A DNA stretch of 64,000 bases from Bacillota bacterium (lineage in GTDB: Bacteria; Bacillota; Negativicutes; JBAXTZ01): contig JBAXTZ010000008.1 in the NCBI GenBank assembly GCA_037129925.1, positions 1,772-65,771 on the forward strand, given 5' to 3'. Position 1 is the first letter of the stretch. Each line of letters begins with the position of its first letter. Position numbers and translations under genes: made by a program. The notes below the pieces were generated by a model. That model saw only the letters and a program-made list of their open reading frames with translations, was not told the DNA's origin and did no database searches. This document shows, piece after piece, positions 11,301-19,335 of this stretch.

Positions 11301-12753
11301 ACTTGTCGTAGCGAACATCCTGTACGGCTACATTTCCGTCAGCCCGTTTCACATAATTGAGTTTGTCACCTGACAAACTCAATGAAAAAGCTGCTCGGGC
11401 GCCAACTTTGTATTTTGCCGCCAATGGTATCTGACTTATATCGACATTGCTACCGGCAGCCTTGACATTATATGAAATTTTATCTATATCAAAATCGCCG
11501 CTAAATCGTGCACCGCCGCCGTATGCAGCGACTATTCCATCGGATACAACAATCGTCTTACCATTGATTACCGCGGCCTTAGCTTGAACCTTTTGGGCTT
11601 GGTAGCCAAACGCTGTAACATTGTTGGCTTCAATGTCCGCTTCAACGTTTAGTGTTCGCAATTTACCTTGGGTAACTGCCACAACATCGACTTGACAATC
11701 TACTGGCATGAACCCCGGTAAAAATTTATTTACAATTGATGTATGCACCCCTTTACCGGCAACCACAACATTTAATTCAAAGTCACGAAAATTCTTAGCA
11801 GCAAAGTTAAAGTCACCGGTGACATTGACTGCGTCACCATAAGCTTCAGCCCGACCATTGAGGATTGATACTTTTTTTTCGTTCACTTCCAATCGGCCAA
11901 ATGCGTGCCGCACCGGCACTCCAAAAATGTCCGCGTCGGCGTCGACGCAGTCGCCATAGACCGAAAACGTTGGCTCTTGTCCCATAACAATCGTAACATA
12001 TACATCGAGATTCGTTGCGTAACCATTTAGAAGTTTTACTTCAACTTCGGGAATGTCTTGCCAAATAAAAAGAAAGCTACCTTCTTTCAAACTTATTTTG
12101 TCAGTGTGAATCGAAAGTGCCAGTTTATTTTTGGCAAGGTCAAAATAGCCACTGCCCGTAACTTTTGTACCAAGGGCTTTGTTAATTGTAGACTTAAACC
12201 GAATCATATCATTTTCTGACAAATCCAAGATTCCAGTCACTTCACTAACCATATTTTTCGCGCCACTGGCAAATTTGGCTGACACTGTTGCGTTGACGAG
12301 CCGGATTTCCGGTTTGAATTTGAGCGGCTCTGTCTTTGGCGTTTTTGGTAAATCCTCGCCAATTTCTTCAACGTTCCATTTGTTTTTGGAGCGTTCCACT
12401 AAAAAAGCCTGAACGTCATAGGCGGTAATTGAACTGATAAAATTATCCGGTGACAGCCCGGAAAATATCCCAAACGGAGAAAATCGCACTTCTACTTTGG
12501 GGATCCGCACCATGGGCATCCCGGATTTTTCAAAAAGCGTGACTTCGTCCACTTCGATGGTGCGAAAATCAACAATGCGGGCGTTGCCAATGACAATTTT
12601 GTTTCCCAGCGCCCCAGTTATCGCTTTGGATACCACCAAATCTAATCCGAGCGTCGTCATGTGCCGGGTGAGTAAAAACGCTAGTACGCCAACTGCCAAT
12701 AGCAATGCAAATAATGTCGCGAAAATAATTTTATACCAGCGCATTTTACTCAC
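8311..12753 (-). CDS. tamB: translocation and assembly module protein TamB (AsmA-like/DUF490 giant envelope-spanning protein)
   Basis: The 1480-aa product has one N-terminal signal anchor (KIIFATLFALLLAVGVLAFLL) followed by a long repetitive beta-rich body with a C-terminal DUF490-like region. Its position directly upstream of bamA is as described for diderm Firmicutes. Confidence 0.8.
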   Translation of the reverse strand: MSKMRWYKIIFATLFALLLAVGVLAFLLTRHMTTLGLDLVVSKAITGALGNKIVIGNARIVDFRTIEVDEVTLFEKSGMPMVRIPKVEVRFSPFGIFSGLSPDNFISSITAYDVQAFLVERSKNKWNVEEIGEDLPKTPKTEPLKFKPEIRLVNATVSAKFASGAKNMVSEVTGILDLSENDMIRFKSTINKALGTKVTGSGYFDLAKNKLALSIHTDKISLKEGSFLFIWQDIPEVEVKLLNGYATNLDVYVTIVMGQEPTFSVYGDCVDADADIFGVPVRHAFGRLEVNEKKVSILNGRAEAYGDAVNVTGDFNFAAKNFRDFELNVVVAGKGVHTSIVNKFLPGFMPVDCQVDVVAVTQGKLRTLNVEADIEANNVTAFGYQAQKVQAKAAVINGKTIVVSDGIVAAYGGGARFSGDFDIDKISYNVKAAGSNVDISQIPLAAKYKVGARAAFSLSLSGDKLNYVKRADGNVAVQDVRYDKYVIDNAVSGFSFDNKTITIDFLNCSAYGGQISVYGKVGTDIALKARAFGMDGSKIAGLFGKNQITGTLFAAADVDGTLSEPHANINIEASNGRVIAQNYKSCFANLELFDRKLIVKKIEVRDAGEGVAEASGTIDFANSAPKLSGEFSNVVIQDIVRSITPEAAVLGAANGSFELDGTFSDPLLKAQLKTGSLVYGSYLVDSVTGKLEVTKSGLVLRTLNLKALGAEVTADGTWRDYSEMDFLIKVNGMDLEKLPQNIGKNNLQGSISTKMFLKGSIDNPMLFGKITAPEIFYNKESYTDIWAEFSLNKAVFDIGQGSLKHKLGSAKFEGSIKLDNYVCAGSVFVTAMDISDIMATAGIADKNMLNGALSLQADFSGTMDKPTLTIAAQAPTISTYGFGLDNFALEANYTNKTLTISKLFAKRGDSIIAGRGVGEIDGPLAMEVGARNIDAALIAKWSRKDLPLSGNLSATAQITGTYQNPDVALSVTLDKPDYAGVQLDEVFALLTINKDKVNVNQILMSKSGYKATIIGEIPYDAMSMAQSPSHANSQMNLKLALDETDMKLLPLLFGKQIKSAEGRIGGNLVISGTLQTPLLNGNFSVKNGTLGLAALKEKITSVNVNVDIKNNNIDINNTHCGINDGTLDISGNGLIWGWKLVNYGFTFASKNVEINTSQYSIPLEFSMKLDDKNGKPKLTGTIGFKKNDVIEVKLASFIGAADNNTGFIIPDVDLDLTVDLGSKLRVYNPFFFDILVTGKVHFGGSTLSPNNSGKVTAISGQITYMNNEFNIEKGEVDFERIDSNIPNVNIQAKATVSSPDPINPGTSPNKVYTIYLTVQGVADNPIIKLTSDGGLSSSDIGYLLTTGQAPQSNGNAQLSQAFSNQAINTSLRFAQSAVFGSVGSSVRTNLGLDYFNLSRATLSANIGSNNNQNNVNNQEIYQLEVGKYVFEKLLLKSSIGIGYNYYQFQLQYDLWQHLYLTGSTDSQQNNSIILNKIWTF

Positions 12754-12792
12754 CTCCTCGCCAATTATTGAAAAATCAACTAATTTTTACAA

Positions 12793-12830
12793 GCGAAAAA
12801 AGCAAAATAGAAATAACTCTATTTTGCTCT
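12793..12830 (-). terminator. intrinsic terminator between tolC and tamB
   Basis: The hairpin AGCAAAATAGAgttattTCTATTTTGCT is followed by UUUUUU on the minus strand. The tamB RBS GGAGGTG follows it. Confidence 0.6.
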
Positions 12831-12848
12831 TCCCTCAATAGTTGCAAA

Positions 12849-14198
12849 TTATTGAACCGGAACGCCGGTATATAATGCTAATTGAGCGTTATCTTTGTTA
12901 AAGTTATACAGTGAATTCCAATACTGTGATTGGGCGTTAGCAAGATCGCTTTGCGCGGTCATGACGTTTAAGTTGGTTGTAACACCGGAATTGTATTGGA
13001 CATTGTTTATCTTCAAGTTTTCTGTCGCAAAATCCAGATAGGCTTTGTTCGCGGCAATTAGTTTGACGTCAGTGCCAATTTGGTCAATAGCCTGATTGAC
13101 TTGCAAGATAACTTGCAAACGAACCAGCTCAGATGCCTGTTGGTCTTGAGTTATTTGCGCTTGAGCGGCTTTGACTTGGTTTTTCGTCAAAAAACCGTCG
13201 AAGACGTTATATTGCAACGAGGCAGTTACTGCTCCCACATTAATGTTGGAATTAATTGTCTGACCAGCGATGTTTAAATAAGTATCTTTGACCCCTAATC
13301 CCAAACTATTAGAGTAAGAAGCTCCCAGTGCAATCGTCGGATAATAACCGGCTTCGCTCACTTTCAAGCCATATTGGTCGGCTTGAACAGCGATTTTTGA
13401 AGCGCTATAATCAGGGCGATTTTTTAGCGCGTAGTCTACCAGCGTTGCCGCGTTTAAGTTGTCTTGTTTGATGGTTAAATCTTCTGCTAATATAATCACT
13501 GTATCAAGGGGAATGTTCATAGTGGTTTTTAATGTGAGTATTGCAATCGCGGAGGCATTTTGCGCCGCAATTAACTGTGTCATCGCTTTTGCCTGATCTG
13601 ATTGAGTTTGCAGCACGTCAGATTTGGCAACCACACCGGCGCTATATTGAGCATTTACCACCCGCAAATGCTCAGTTTGAGTATCAACGTTGCTCTGCGC
13701 GACAACGACCTGATTTTTACCGTTAACCGCGGTGTAATAAGCCGCGGCTGCATTGTATTTTAGTTGTTGTTTGGTTAATTGCACCTGTTGATCCAGTCCG
13801 GCCAGCCCGGATTTTGCCTGCATAATACCGTAAGTTATAGCGCCGCCGGTGAACAACGGGTATTGAACCGCTATCGACAATCCGTTAGTGATGCCGTTAT
13901 TTGTAGTTCCGTTGACACTAGATGGTAGCGGCGGATTCCACCCGGAAGCACTAAACGAAGTACCACTCCAAGGTTGAAAGTTATCGGTTAAAGTAACCGT
14001 CGGCCAATTACCGGCCTCGGCTTGTCCGACTTGGGCAAACACTTGGTCACGCTTTGCCAGTACTTGCTGTAATTGCGGGTTGTTTTGCAATGTTAATGTT
14101 ACCGCTTGCTGCACCGTCAGGTTTAAGGTAGTTGCCGCCGAAACTGTAGCGGTCAAAAGTAGTAACGCTGTCAAAAGTAAGATAATGGTTTTTTTCAT
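12849..14198 (-). CDS. TolC-like outer membrane efflux channel
   Basis: The product is about 450 aa from the ATG at 14198 (MKKTIILLLTALLLLTATVSA, a signal peptide, with the RBS GGAGGAA upstream). It has two repeated alpha-helical/beta-barrel halves rich in Q/A/L, typical of the OMP efflux family. The track ORF has a 29-codon spurious extension. Confidence 0.75.
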   Translation of the reverse strand: MKKTIILLLTALLLLTATVSAATTLNLTVQQAVTLTLQNNPQLQQVLAKRDQVFAQVGQAEAGNWPTVTLTDNFQPWSGTSFSASGWNPPLPSSVNGTTNNGITNGLSIAVQYPLFTGGAITYGIMQAKSGLAGLDQQVQLTKQQLKYNAAAAYYTAVNGKNQVVVAQSNVDTQTEHLRVVNAQYSAGVVAKSDVLQTQSDQAKAMTQLIAAQNASAIAILTLKTTMNIPLDTVIILAEDLTIKQDNLNAATLVDYALKNRPDYSASKIAVQADQYGLKVSEAGYYPTIALGASYSNSLGLGVKDTYLNIAGQTINSNINVGAVTASLQYNVFDGFLTKNQVKAAQAQITQDQQASELVRLQVILQVNQAIDQIGTDVKLIAANKAYLDFATENLKINNVQYNSGVTTNLNVMTAQSDLANAQSQYWNSLYNFNKDNAQLALYTGVPVQ

Positions 14199-14211
14199 AT
14201 TTCCTCCACAA

Positions 14212-15519
14212 CTAAAATTTTGCGCCGATTCCCAAATATATGTCTTTTGGCGATTGATTGATGCGATAGTTTTGCAATACCGCATATATATTATCAGTCA
14301 AAGCAAAATCAATCCGCGCTTTGATGCTGAGATTATTCGGGTTATAGAGATCCAGCGACAACTTCCACAGATTCTCATTGAAGTGCATATCTACGCCAAT
14401 ACCAGGTTGGCTGTCGACTAATCCCACCCGATACGAGCGACCGTCGGCGCTATGTATGCCGTATTGCAGATTTAGTCCGCCGGTATTGGTCGCATCCGAG
14501 CTTCCCGTTCCGCCGATATTATCAAATCCTAGCAGCGCAAATGACGTTTTGTTTATATCCATAGTCGACCAGACACTGGTCTGGATATTCGCGTTAAAAG
14601 CACCGACCATCATGTCGCCGCCGCCATGAAATTCAAATTTGTTGTCTTTTAGTAAATTCACTGATGTGTCTGAAAGCACCCGGGCATTTTTAGCAGTCTG
14701 TTTAATATCATCAGCCGTCTGAGGGTCGGTAAGCGTCGGCTCTAATGCCGTCAATATTTTATCTAGCCGCGCAGTTGAGTCTTTCACATTCGAAATAGTA
14801 TCCCGCATGTCATTTGCGGCGATGTCATCTTTGTTAAATACTGTAATAAAATGGTCGGCTTTTTTTGAAAACTCATTTAATGTCTGCGACATTTGCCGCA
14901 AGTTAAGCATCATTATCTGTACGTTTGCATGGTTTGCTTCTAACATTTTATTGGTATTAGCAGTCAGCAACTTTACATTGTCAGCAGTTTCACCGGCACT
15001 ACTAATAATTTTTTTATAACTTGCTTGTTGTTCAGGTCCGAGCAACGATGTGTTCACTGCTTTGACCATTTGCTGAACTCCGGTCATTATTTCTGCCGCT
15101 GATTCTAACATTGCTGCCATTGCTGATGGTTTACCGATTAGATAAGCGCCTGGTTTAATGAACTTTCCGTTTTGTTTTGCCGGTGCAGAGATGTCGATAT
15201 ATTTGTCACCTAACACCCCGGAAGTTGCAATCGTAATCGCTGAACCTTCAGGGATTTTGTATTCTTCCTTGATAAACATACCCACTTCAACAACATCTTG
15301 GGTAAGCTTAATGGTCGTAACGCGCCCGATTGTCACACCGGCAAAATGAATCGAAGCACCGGAATACAGTCCTGAAACATCGCGATAAGTTGCCGTAAAC
15401 TCGTAACCCTTGTCATTTGCCTTAAATGCCCCGAGAAAAGATGCCATCAAGATAAACAAAGCTAGACCGACGATAAACACTAAGCCGACTTTAGCTTCTT
15501 TGCTATAGCCCATCGTCAT
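14212..15519 (-). CDS. mlaD: MlaD-family MCE-domain protein with long C-terminal extension (coiled-coil plus beta-rich tail ending in Phe)
   Basis: Start chosen at the ATG at 15519 (MTMGYSKEAKVGLVFIV...), preceded by the RBS AAGGAG. It overlaps the mlaF stop by 17 nt, and the track ORF start at 15687 would overlap mlaF by 185 nt. The MCE domain reads YEFTATYRDVSGLYSGASIHFAGVTIGRV. It is followed by about 180 aa of helix-rich sequence and a roughly 120-aa beta-rich C-terminus that ends ...LGIGAKF. Confidence 0.75.
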   Translation of the reverse strand: MTMGYSKEAKVGLVFIVGLALFILMASFLGAFKANDKGYEFTATYRDVSGLYSGASIHFAGVTIGRVTTIKLTQDVVEVGMFIKEEYKIPEGSAITIATSGVLGDKYIDISAPAKQNGKFIKPGAYLIGKPSAMAAMLESAAEIMTGVQQMVKAVNTSLLGPEQQASYKKIISSAGETADNVKLLTANTNKMLEANHANVQIMMLNLRQMSQTLNEFSKKADHFITVFNKDDIAANDMRDTISNVKDSTARLDKILTALEPTLTDPQTADDIKQTAKNARVLSDTSVNLLKDNKFEFHGGGDMMVGAFNANIQTSVWSTMDINKTSFALLGFDNIGGTGSSDATNTGGLNLQYGIHSADGRSYRVGLVDSQPGIGVDMHFNENLWKLSLDLYNPNNLSIKARIDFALTDNIYAVLQNYRINQSPKDIYLGIGAKF

Positions 15520-16261
15520 CCTCCTTGATATCTGGTAAATAGTCCAAACCATTAATAAACTGCTGTACCAATGGTATTTTAGAATTTTGAATTTCCTGGG
15601 GCGTTCCAATCTGCAATAAATCACCTTGGTATAAAAAAGCGATTTTATCGGCGATCCGATATGCGCTATGCATATCATGGGTAACAACTACCGAAGTTGT
15701 GCCTAGTTCTTGCCGGATTGACGAAATCAATCGATCAATTCCGGCGGTCGTGACTGGATCCAAGCCGGAAGTTGGTTCATCATAAAGGATTATTTTTGGA
15801 TTGGCGGCAATTCCCCGGGCGATTCCCACGCGCTTTTTCATACCGCCTGACAGCTCACCGGGCATCATCTTAACAGTATGTCCCAACCCGACCAAGTCTA
15901 GCATCCGTTGTACTGTTTCTTTGATTTTTTCTTCCGGCTCGCGGTCGCGACGCAAGGTAAATGCGACATTTTCACCAACGCTCATAAAATCAAATAATGC
16001 CGAATACTGAAATATCATCGTCATTTTTCGCCGAATTTGATTTAGTTTTTTTTCGGTTGCGCCAATTACGGCATCGCCTTCAACTAACACTGTACCGCTA
16101 GTTGGTTTTAGCAAACCAATAATAATCCGAATGATGGTAGTTTTTCCCGAGCCGCTGCCGCCGATCAACGCCCAAGTTTCACCCGGTTTAATATGAATAT
16201 TGATGTTCTTCAATACCTGCCTGGCGCCGAACGTCATATTTATATCCGTTAACTTAATCAT
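15503..16261 (-). CDS. mlaF: phospholipid ABC transporter ATP-binding protein MlaF
   Basis: The 252-aa product has Walker A (GGSGSGKTT), signature (LSGGMKKRV) and Walker B (ILYDEPTSGLD) motifs, and sits between the mlaE and mlaD homologs. Confidence 0.85.
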   Translation of the reverse strand: MIKLTDINMTFGARQVLKNINIHIKPGETWALIGGSGSGKTTIIRIIIGLLKPTSGTVLVEGDAVIGATEKKLNQIRRKMTMIFQYSALFDFMSVGENVAFTLRRDREPEEKIKETVQRMLDLVGLGHTVKMMPGELSGGMKKRVGIARGIAANPKIILYDEPTSGLDPVTTAGIDRLISSIRQELGTTSVVVTHDMHSAYRIADKIAFLYQGDLLQIGTPQEIQNSKIPLVQQFINGLDYLPDIKEDDDGL

Positions 16262-16285
16262 AATAAAATATTATCCGATGCCTCC

Positions 16286-17056
16286 TTAGGTGAAAATCAG
16301 TAATGACAAGAAATAATTGCTAAAAAACAACAGCAACATCGCCGTCACTACCGAGCTGGTGGTCGATTGACCGACCCCTTTTTCGCCTGGTTCAGTCATC
16401 ATGCCTTTGTAACAACCAACAACTCCGATTATCGCGCCGAAGATTATCGATTTTAGCAAACCGCCAAACATATCGTACGGTGTGCAGAACGTTTTTATTG
16501 ACTGAATAAAACTGGCGCCATCAATATTGGCGGCGGTAGCGGCAATATAGCCACCAGCCACACCGACAATATCGGCATAAACAACCAACACCGGCAACAT
16601 CAGAATACACGCCCACACTCGCGGTACTACCAAATACCGGATTGGATTAGTTGCCATTACTTCTAACGCATCAATTTGTTCTGTTACCTTCATCGTGCCA
16701 ATTTCGGCAGTTAGCGCTGCGCCCACGCGTCCCGCGCAAACAACTGCGGTTAAGACCGGTGACAGTTCGCGGGCCATTGCAATTGAAACCATACCACCGG
16801 CCGAAGCTTGAGCGCCAAATTTTATCAATTCGCTTGCCGATTGCAGCGTCATAACAGCACCGGTTGACAAACAAGTAAGCGTCACTATCGGCAATGAATC
16901 TACACCCAAATGCGCCATCTGTTGAAACAAATGACGGATATTAGGCGCTCTTAACATCCAACGAGCAGTATCAAGAACAAAAATAATAAATTTTCCCAGT
17001 CCTTCAAAACTGTTGATAATGCTTTTTCCGACCGCCTCACAAAGTTTTCTAAACAT
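16286..17056 (-). CDS. mlaE: phospholipid ABC transporter permease MlaE
   Basis: The 256-aa polytopic membrane protein belongs to the MlaE/YrbE/Ttg2B permease family (NIRHLFQQMAHLGVDSLPIV...). It is the first gene of the mlaEFD array. Confidence 0.85.
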   Translation of the reverse strand: MFRKLCEAVGKSIINSFEGLGKFIIFVLDTARWMLRAPNIRHLFQQMAHLGVDSLPIVTLTCLSTGAVMTLQSASELIKFGAQASAGGMVSIAMARELSPVLTAVVCAGRVGAALTAEIGTMKVTEQIDALEVMATNPIRYLVVPRVWACILMLPVLVVYADIVGVAGGYIAATAANIDGASFIQSIKTFCTPYDMFGGLLKSIIFGAIIGVVGCYKGMMTEPGEKGVGQSTTSSVVTAMLLLFFSNYFLSLLIFT

Positions 17057-17076
17057 TACCCTCCCGCTCTGATAAA

Positions 17077-18999
17077 CTATTTTGCTTTTGGCAAAACGTT
17101 CACTACTACTTGAGTGTCTCCAATAACAATATAATCAGTTGTTAGCTTGAATTTCGTTTGCTCTTGCGGTTGTTTTTTGTCTTTTGGGGCCGTTGAAGGC
17201 TTATCGCCTGACGGACTCGACGCATAACTCATCAACGATGTAGGATTGTTTGAAGTAAAAGTCAGAAGATTTGCCATTTTCGAACCGGCTTCGGTAGCCG
17301 TGACCGATGAATTAGCATTACGCTGTTGCATCATTTCCGAGGGAAAATCCAACCGCTCCACGACGATTTCATTGTTGCAATCAGAGGCAAGCATTTCTTT
17401 TAAAGCTTCTTCAAATGAGGTATCTTTAATACGGGTAAGTTTCAACACCTGTAGCAAATCAGCATTTGCCAGTTGTTGCTGGCTATTAATCATTTCTGCC
17501 AAAGTCTGCTGCGAGCCACCGCGCACTTCGAGCATCATCTCGCCCGGTTTTTGATCCTTGGGAATAGTATAGGCGATCGTCTGTTTAATTACTTCGCCGC
17601 GATAAGGTCGAGTTGTCACTTCAATGTTGATTTTATCGCCCGCGTGTACATCGGTTTTTTCTGCAGTTGCTTCAATAATCGCCGTCAATAATTTATCTTC
17701 GGTAACTTCAACAGTGACATCAACCTCAAGAATTTCCACCGGATTGAACCTATTAGCAGTCAATTCAGCTAGCAACTCACGCAACTCACCCACGCACTCG
17801 GCAGAAATATTCTTATCACTATAAAACATATTTGTGCGTTTGATTTCAACACCTGGCATATAGCGAGCAGTTATTTGGTAAGTAACTTTTGCCGATCCCT
17901 GCCCGACGCGATCCATTGTCTTGTCAACAAAACTGACTACCGATTGCGATTGCAATTCCGGTGTTAATGTTTCGTCAATAATCGTTTGCGCGTAATATTT
18001 TTGCTTACGTTTACTGGTTTTATCATCAATTGAAACAGTTAACGGCACCACTCCGGGAAAACTACCGATTTTTCCGGCGATTCCGGCGCCGCGGTCTTGA
18101 TTGATTATGCCGACCGGTTCACCGGCCACGCCCATCTTAAATGCACTATCTAAGCTGTTTACAACTTGAAAAATATAACCATTGGTCATTATCAAATCAA
18201 CAGCGCCTTTTTTTAAGAACGGATGACCAAAGGCCAACACTTTATTACCGTCTACATAAGTTACCGTTCCAAGCGCTCCCATCGTCGTATCGCCCCTGAC
18301 CAACTCGGCACCAATTGTGGCTCCGGGCTTTAGCGGGCTCAGCACTACCCCGGAAGGCAGATCCGACGCTGAGTAATTGACGATTTCAAAGTCGTTTAAT
18401 CGTTTTTGCAAAGTTTTGACCGCTTGGTCACTAAATCCGCCGGTGAAAAGTTTCATCTTGGGATTCACAACAATAGTAGTATCGGATTCATTATTATTAT
18501 TTTTCAACTGTGCGCGGATTTTTGCAATCATATCCTCAATGTTTTTGTTGAAATCCGCATCGCTGATGCCCGGTTGTTCAGGCTCCTTCACCGCAGGACG
18601 AACAGTGTCTGGAAAATCAAGTATTTTCAACATATCGCCAATATAAGTGAGCATACCAATTTTGTGATCCGCAAATCCCCAACCATAGGCAACAGCGCCA
18701 ACTAACTTACCGTTAATATACACCGGACTGCCGCTCATTCCTTCAGCAATTCCACCGGTCTGGTCAATTAATGCTCCGGAAGTACGCACCAAAATAAGGT
18801 CGCCGCTTGGGCCTTTGCCCTTGAGCACACCAAGTACTTCAACATTAAATTCATCAATGCGAGAGCCGTAAACTACCGTTTTTGCAACGCCCTGCATACC
18901 AATCTTAATTTGGTCTATCGGCATAATATCGACCGCGAATACAGACAGACCAAAACACAACAAAGCCGCACAAACTACTGTGGTGATTGTTTTTTTCAA
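17077..18999 (-). CDS. secreted S55 (SpoIVB-type) serine peptidase-like protein
   Basis: The 640-aa product has a signal peptide and a trypsin-like Ser motif GGIAEGMSGSPVYINGKLVGAVAYGW, as I recall from SpoIVB peptidases. It also has a His-motif-like segment, LAFGHPF, about 170 aa further downstream. The long C-terminal half is unassigned. Confidence 0.55.
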   Translation of the reverse strand: MKKTITTVVCAALLCFGLSVFAVDIMPIDQIKIGMQGVAKTVVYGSRIDEFNVEVLGVLKGKGPSGDLILVRTSGALIDQTGGIAEGMSGSPVYINGKLVGAVAYGWGFADHKIGMLTYIGDMLKILDFPDTVRPAVKEPEQPGISDADFNKNIEDMIAKIRAQLKNNNNESDTTIVVNPKMKLFTGGFSDQAVKTLQKRLNDFEIVNYSASDLPSGVVLSPLKPGATIGAELVRGDTTMGALGTVTYVDGNKVLAFGHPFLKKGAVDLIMTNGYIFQVVNSLDSAFKMGVAGEPVGIINQDRGAGIAGKIGSFPGVVPLTVSIDDKTSKRKQKYYAQTIIDETLTPELQSQSVVSFVDKTMDRVGQGSAKVTYQITARYMPGVEIKRTNMFYSDKNISAECVGELRELLAELTANRFNPVEILEVDVTVEVTEDKLLTAIIEATAEKTDVHAGDKINIEVTTRPYRGEVIKQTIAYTIPKDQKPGEMMLEVRGGSQQTLAEMINSQQQLANADLLQVLKLTRIKDTSFEEALKEMLASDCNNEIVVERLDFPSEMMQQRNANSSVTATEAGSKMANLLTFTSNNPTSLMSYASSPSGDKPSTAPKDKKQPQEQTKFKLTTDYIVIGDTQVVVNVLPKAK

Positions 19000-19015
19000 T
19001 TCAAACTCCTAATTT

Positions 19016-19315
19016 TCATTTCGCTTCGATTCTTACCACAATTTGACCCACGCGAATAATATCGCCGCCTTTGACGAGTACGGCAACAACTTGTCCGTTA
19101 ACATTAGCGCGTGCCGCCGGAGCCGGTCCGGCAATTGTGTCCACCATCACAATAACGTCACCCTGTTTAACATATTGACCAGAAATTACCAATCCCTCAG
19201 TTAATACTTTGCCAGTCAAAACACTACTGTGATCAACAACTTGTCCGGCGAATATTTGTGCCGGTATCGCCAACAATATTAGCATCAGTACCAGTACAAA
19301 CTTGAATTTATTCAT
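19016..19315 (-). CDS. small secreted protein with biotin/lipoyl-like (barrel-sandwich hybrid) fold
   Basis: The 99-aa product has a signal peptide (MNKFKFVLVLMLILLAIPAQIFA). Its mature part, GKVLTEGLVISGQYVKQGDVIVMVD...GQVVAVLVKGGDIIRVGQIVVRIE, resembles a lipoyl/biotinyl hybrid motif without the modified Lys. Function unknown. Confidence 0.4.
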   Translation of the reverse strand: MNKFKFVLVLMLILLAIPAQIFAGQVVDHSSVLTGKVLTEGLVISGQYVKQGDVIVMVDTIAGPAPAARANVNGQVVAVLVKGGDIIRVGQIVVRIEAK

Positions 19316-19335
19316 AATATCCCCCTAAATTAAAA

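Noticed and set aside
8311-12753. Possibility that the 4.4-kb ORF is a mobile or repeat-derived element, toxin or adhesin
   Set aside because: It has a single N-terminal anchor, a beta-rich repetitive body and the DUF490-like C-terminus. Its position immediately upstream of bamA fits TamB, and no RHS, YD or haemagglutinin repeats were seen.
14080-15687. Upstream extensions of the tolC (to 14285) and mlaD (to 15687) track ORFs
   Set aside because: The extensions would overlap the upstream genes by 74 nt and 185 nt respectively. Internal ATGs with good RBSs and signal-peptide or TM starts exist at 14198 and 15519.
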